Source: an uncultured Clostridia bacterium
Lineage (GTDB): Bacteria; Bacillota; Clostridia; Oscillospirales; CAG-272
DNA: 64,000 nucleotides
NCBI GenBank assembly: GCA_946410595.1
Contig: CAMKAU010000001.1
Span: 10,267 to 74,266, forward strand
Direction of reading: 5' to 3'
Each line of letters begins with the position of its first letter. Within the stretch, counting starts at the first letter, position 1. The position numbers and the translations under genes are program-made. Below the pieces are notes generated by a model that saw only the letters and a list, made by a program, of their open reading frames with translations, did not search any database and was not told the DNA's origin. Below, piece by piece: positions 62,701 to 64,000 of the stretch.

Positions 62701-62778
62701 GAAGACGGAGCAGCACCCGAAGAGCATCAGCACGGCAAGGAAGCCCGCGAGCATCCGCATGGAACAGGATGATCTCAT
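59740..62778 (-). CDS. ~1012-aa extracellular protein: two CBM-like beta-sandwich modules, helical linker and family-1 solute-binding domain
   Basis: GGGAGGAAA lies 6 nt before ATG 62778 (MRSSCSMRMLAGFLAVLMLFGC...). The track ORF start at 62943 is upstream read-through. The C-terminal ~480 aa looks like an SBP_bac_1/8 domain. Confidence 0.88.
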   Translation of the reverse strand: MRSSCSMRMLAGFLAVLMLFGCCSVFAFAAEGEGGSSGRTIAELKELLNTASYNEYLEKHKNVPLASKTVSVDVADYDKDGTTAAVEIVKDYEGRSGSALFFPDSGAISWKVTIPETAMYGVEIDYYPVAEFKSADGKTHEGKSASIERMLLVNGKALYSEVRTLSLTKVWANTYYEGTDGAKVYVPGESEGEPTFRQDINGNDIRPAAYQTPEWKTVVVSDSTGYYSGGLLVCLEKGEVTISLEAVREPMILGGLRLITPVEGKTMEEYVASVAGSGSSEGAAAVKIQAEKPVRFSDDAIYPINDRTSAITEPQVADAQLLNMLGGKATYKTAGQWVTYEFEVEKTGWYNIAARYKQNENTGMFSSRIVKIDGEVLYDECYNARFDYTKDWEVIPLGTGDTVFRFWFEAGHTYTLELEVGLGEMDDIVREVEESLRTINAGYLEIIKLTGAKPDKYRTYNFGRVMPQVLVNFIKEARRLDRISAYLEELSGTKNTTLGKISYLLNEMGTDESTIAPSLETLKSYIGTLGTWLNNCRAQPLMLDYLLVTPETEKLPRANVNFFQAIWYELKLFVSSFFVDYSNMGSTTERTDDAVEVWMTYGRDQQLVTRAMVDSMFSPETGIGVDVKLVSAGTLLPSVLSNQGPDCFLGLSSDNVINFAIRSAILPLDQRSGFEEIMSEFTESARIPLTLYNHHVDTGVTDVSVYGLPETMIFSMMFYRKDILADLGIELPKTWDDLIAAMTVLSANNLEIGLHRSYDRFLYQMGGNRYADWGMRAGIDSNIGLEAFQYYCRFFTDYSFPVTFDGANRFRTGEMPIVISPYAAMYNTLTVYATEIQGLWDFTVLPGFVREDGSVNNVALGSVAAVVMLRGCEHEENTWEFMKWYVGHEAQAQYCNQLITTIGPAAKHSTANREALADMAWTSDELEVILSQFDNIASVEEHPGSYIFNRYINFAFLAAYKHGKDPVEELRSYVATINKEITRKRQEFGMDTLELGQTLEDLAEQKTSGSGN

Positions 62779-63003
62779 ACATTTCCTCCCAATACTACCT
62801 TGGAACAGACAGAAAGGCCGATATAACGAAAGATGACCGTTCCCCCCGCGGCGCATAAAAAAAGCGCCCGGCGAAGAAACGATCATTTCTCCGAACCATG
62901 CCGATCCCCGCCGCTCGTGCGGTAGTGCGCCCGGACTGCGCACGGATGTTCCGGCATCGCTGTTATGGGACGGCTATCCGCCGTTTTGTCTTTTGACTTT
63001 AAT

Positions 63004-63032
63004 ATATTATCATAAGAGTAAAAGAAAGTCAA
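63004..63032 (-). promoter_or_regulatory. Promoter of the 12.5-kb ABC operon
   Basis: Minus strand: TTGACT (63032-63027), 17 nt, TAATAT (63009-63004). Implies a ~220-nt leader. Confidence 0.6.
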
Positions 63033-63263
63033 GGGCGGCGCGCAATTTTTTCCGCCCTTTTTCCCGTTTTTTCAACGGAAAACGACCCTCGCCGACCCCC
63101 TTCCCGCCGGGGCGCGGCGGATCCGGCCGAGTGAAAAACCTTGTTTCGTCAATTTTCACAAAGTTTATAATGTAATTTTGACGCGTTGTGCAAGTTGCTA
63201 TTTTCTTGCGAAAAAGTTCGGGCCAAGCGCCCCGGAGGGGGGAACGCCCGGCCCCGGCCGGTG

Positions 63264-64000
63264 TTATCCGGCGTAGGTATCGTACAGCAGGCGGGCGTCC
63301 TCGAGGACGGTCTGTTTGTTATCCGCCTGCGCGCAGACGGTAACGTAGACCTTTCCGTTCAGATCGGACGCCGCCGTGACGAGGCATTGTTTTGCCTCGT
63401 TGGTAAACCCGGTCTTCCCCGCGAAGACGGTTACGAACTTTGCTTTATGCAGCGACATACGGGCCAGCGCGGAGCTGGTCAGCTCGATCGGCTCTTTCGT
63501 ATGCGTGACGTAGGTATAGGCGGAGAGGACCTCGCGGCAGACGGGATCGGAAAGGGCGGCCGCCATAATAGCCGCCATATCCTCCGCCGTCGTGTAGTGG
63601 TCGTCGTCGTGCAGGCCGGTGGAGTTGGTGAAGTGCGAGCCGGTCAGAGCGAGCTCCCTCGCCTTTTCGTTCATCTTTTCGGCAAAGGCGGCCTCGCTGC
63701 CGGCGGCATACAGAGCGAGCGCGACGGTCGCGTCCGCGCCGCTCGGCAGGATCGCGCCGTACATATAATCCATCAGAGAAACGTCCTCCCCCGGCAGAAA
63801 GCCGGCGCGGGTGGCGTTTTCCCGCACGAGCGGGTCGATGATCGCGGAGGTCATACGGAAGCTTTCGGTTCTCAACTTTTCCTCTCCGATCAGCGAGGAG
63901 GCGGTCAAAATCGTCATCACCTTGGTCATGGAAGCGGGATAGAGGCGGTCGGACGAGTTTTTTTCGGCAAGGATCTTCCCGGTCGAAACGTCGGCGATGA
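63264..64000 (-). CDS. D-alanyl-D-alanine carboxypeptidase (peptidase S11), N-terminus beyond window edge
   Basis: The frame stays open upstream of the track M to base 64000 (IADVSTGKILAEKNSSDRLYPASMTKVMT). SxxK (SMTK) and KTG (AGKTGFT) motifs present. Confidence 0.9.
   Translation of the reverse strand, partial: IADVSTGKILAEKNSSDRLYPASMTKVMTILTASSLIGEEKLRTESFRMTSAIIDPLVRENATRAGFLPGEDVSLMDYMYGAILPSGADATVALALYAAGSEAAFAEKMNEKARELALTGSHFTNSTGLHDDDHYTTAEDMAAIMAAALSDPVCREVLSAYTYVTHTKEPIELTSSALARMSLHKAKFVTVFAGKTGFTNEAKQCLVTAASDLNGKVYVTVCAQADNKQTVLEDARLLYDTYAG

Noticed and set aside
50414-62772. Plus-strand ORFs 50414-52513, 52434-55748, 55885-57591, 57640-58731, 58667-59863 and 59764-62772, opposite the ABC operon.
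   Set aside because: They mirror the seven minus-strand genes, whose EAA loops, signal peptides and RBSs are clear. The composition is typical of GC-rich antisense frames.
63100-63230. A Rex-box-like half site (TTGTGAA) with a GTGAAAA/TTTTCAC inverted repeat, and a plus-strand TATAAT, downstream of the carboxypeptidase gene.
   Set aside because: The second half-site and the spacing do not fit the Rex consensus. The plus-strand -10 has no acceptable -35 and no downstream gene.

Overview
High-GC chromosomal segment from a spore-forming Firmicute, probably a Clostridia/Oscillospiraceae-like organism (spoVAD/spoVAE and spoIVB are present). It is densely coded, mostly with core genes: rimP-nusA-ylxR-ylxQ-infB, tadA, recG, rarA, prfB, groES/groEL with a CIRCE operator, and citrate synthase. 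I recognised no rRNA, tRNA, CRISPR array, transposase, integrase, phage or known defence genes. All family assignments come from reading motifs by eye, and DUF numbers are from memory, so they need HMM confirmation. High GC generates many long antisense shadow ORFs in the track, which I rejected. Four regions stand out. (1) 26.6-32.2 kb holds a self-contained two-gene operon: a zinc-ribbon polytopic membrane protein translationally coupled (ATGA) to a 1478-aa orphan membrane-spanning giant protein. (2) 50.4-63.0 kb holds a ~12.5 kb single-strand operon with a ~1000-aa CBM-like/solute-binding fusion, two separate ABC permease pairs, an NHL-TPR-Yip1 fusion membrane protein and a ~1070-aa secreted DUF5696-like protein. 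It has no ATPase gene, and an orphan MsmK-type ATPase lies 37 kb away. (3) 50.07-50.30 kb is a ~230-nt intergenic element of nested ATGATG/CATCAT inverted repeats interleaved with GC mini-hairpins, a candidate structured RNA. (4) 38.5-46.3 kb holds an SGNH esterase / DUF5107-like TPR giant / lipoprotein / P-loop kinase operon, with a divergent regulator that joins a LacI-type sensor domain to a LuxR-type HTH. Smaller items include a split VTC-like polyphosphate module, a 32-codon unannotated membrane smORF, a rimP leader terminator and a promoter-embedded terminator before citrate synthase.
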